A DNA stretch of 64,000 nt from Eledone cirrhosa. Taxonomy: Eukaryota. Positions within the stretch are counted from its first letter, which is position 1, and every line of letters starts with the position of its first letter. The stretch is taken from assembly GCA_964016885.1 (NCBI GenBank), contig OZ024740.1:229090001-229154000 (forward strand), read 5' to 3'. The notes under the pieces are model-generated. The model had not been told where the DNA came from. It worked only from the letters and a program-made list of their open reading frames with translations, and made no database searches. The translations under genes and the position numbers were made by a program. Of this stretch, positions 61,685 to 64,000 are shown in pieces.

Positions 61685-63400
61685 CGCTTTTCTGCATGTG
61701 TGCATTTATCTTCACACACATATACACACACATTTACCCATATATACACACATATTTACACACATATATAGACGCATATACACACATATGCACACATATT
61801 AATACATAGTCACACACATATACACACATATTCACACATATACATACATATTCACACACATTTACACACATAGTCGCACACATAGTCACACACCTAGTCA
61901 CACACATATACACACACATATACATATTCACACATATTTACACACATAGTCACACACATATACACACATAATCACACACATATTCACACACATATTTACA
62001 CATAGTCACACACATATACACACATATTCACACATATACACACATATACACACATATACAAACATAGTCACACATATTTACACATAGTCACACACATATA
62101 CATACATATACACACATAGTCACACACATATTCACGCATAGTCACACATATACACACATATACACACATAGTCACACACATAGTCACGCACATATTCACA
62201 CAGTCACACACATATACATACATATACACACATATTCACACATAGTCACACACATACACACATATACACACATAGTCACACACATAGTCACACACATAGT
62301 CACACACATATTCACACATAGTCACACACATATACATACATATACGTACATATTCACATATATACACACATATACACACATAGTCACACACATAATCACA
62401 CACATAGTCACACACAGTATTCACACATAGTCACATAAATATACATACATATACACACATATACACACATAGTCACACACATGATCACACACATAGTCAC
62501 ACACATATTCACACATAGTCACATAAATATACATACATATACACACATAGTCACACACATATTCACGCATAGTCACACATATACACACATATACACACAT
62601 AGTCACACGCATAATCACACACATAGTCACACACATATTCACACATAGTCACACACATATACATACATATACACAGATATTCACACATAGTCACACATAT
62701 ACACACATATACACACATAGTCACACACATAGTCACACACATAGTCACACACATAGTCACACACATAGTCACACACAGTCACACACATATACATACATAT
62801 ATACACATATTCACACATAGTCACACACATATACAAACATAATCACACACATATACACACATATTTACACACATATACACACACCTAGTCACACACATAT
62901 ACACATATACACACATAGTCACACACATATACATACATATTCACACATATTTACACACATAGTCACACACATAGTCACACATAGTCACACACATATACAC
63001 ACATATACACACAAAGTCACATACATATACACACATATACACACATAAGCACCTATATTCAAACACATATTTACCGACATTCACACATATACACACATTT
63101 ACACATATATGTCTGCATATTCACACACATTTACACATATATGTCTGCATATTCACACACATTTACACATATATGTCTGCATATTCACCCACATTTACAC
63201 ATATATGTCTGCATATTCACACACATTTACACATATATGTCTGCATATTCACACACATTTACACATATATGTCTGCATATTCACACACATTTACACATAT
63301 ATGTCTGCATATTCACACACATTTACACATATATAGGTACGTATAATCACAAACACATTCACACACACATTTCCACATATATGCCCGCACATATATACAT
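59960..63400. repeat. CA-rich compound satellites, including (GCACATGTAT)n, (ATAGTCACAC)n and a 32-bp tandem at 63090-63335
   Basis: Direct inspection. The 32-bp unit is ATATGTCTGCATATTCACACACATTTACACAT. Confidence 0.93.
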
Positions 63401-63631
63401 AACGCACACATCTAGATAAACACACATACACCGACAGCTAGGTACACACGTATTGTATCATATTTCTCTAGTTCGTCCAGCACAATCTAACCCAGGACTC
63501 TCTGAGCAAAAAACAGCAGCTAAATATATCTGAAATCTTTACTCCTTTACCGTATTTCTCGGCGCCGAAGTCGTTTCGTCCTCGAGGACGCACCCTAATT
63601 TTACAACCAAAAATTAAAAAAAAAAAAAAAA

Positions 63632-63823
63632 AATTGTTTCTACTTTTGGCAAAAGGCCAGCAATTAGCAATTACCCAGTACATTACTGGTACTTTATTTT
63701 ATCGACCCCGTAAGGATGAAAGGCGAAGTTAACCTCGGAGCGATTTGAACTCAGATCGTAAAGGGACGTAACTATGCTGGAAAGCATGTCCGACCCTCTA
63801 CCGATACTGCCAATTCACCGCCC
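63632..63823 (-). mobile_element. SINE family A
   Basis: Near-consensus copy. Confidence 0.9.
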
Positions 63824-64000
63824 TGAAAAAAAAAAAAAAATAATAAACAACCTTCGGCCTCCAGGACGCAGGGTAGATTTCTGAGACTTATTTAAGGGGA
63901 AAAGTAACGTCTTCGACGCCGGGAAATAACGTAATTTTTTTTAACAATTCGTAAGCGAGTTTAATTGAAAAAAAAAAAAAAAAATTTAGATTGAGAAGAA

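Noticed and set aside
63560-63597. GTCC TCGA GGAC GAAAC hammerhead-like helix II on the minus strand
   Set aside because: No CUGAnGA or UUGAnAA core upstream.

Overview
This is AT-rich, extremely microsatellite-rich eukaryotic DNA; the repeat content resembles an octopus/cephalopod genome (inference). The only credible host gene is the 5'-truncated, uninterrupted ORF at 2-1795, an IER2/IER5-family immediate-early response protein with long poly-Q/H/N/T tracts. The rest is simple-sequence arrays, minisatellites, tRNA-derived SINEs (two main families), hAT and mariner MITEs, RTE fragments and a frameshifted Tx1/L1-clade LINE. The most striking signal is hidden in the short unique islands inside (TA)n tracts. 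About 15 type-I hammerhead ribozyme motifs from several unrelated sequence families occur there (CUGAnGA or compensatory UUGAnAA cores, palindromic helix III). Several look fully intact, and many sit in fold-back inverted repeats of about 0.1-1.3 kb. This matches Penelope-like pseudo-LTR or retrozyme-type non-coding elements targeted to TA microsatellites. Nearly all other ORFs in the track are microsatellite artefacts. All calls were made by eye, with no database or folding software.
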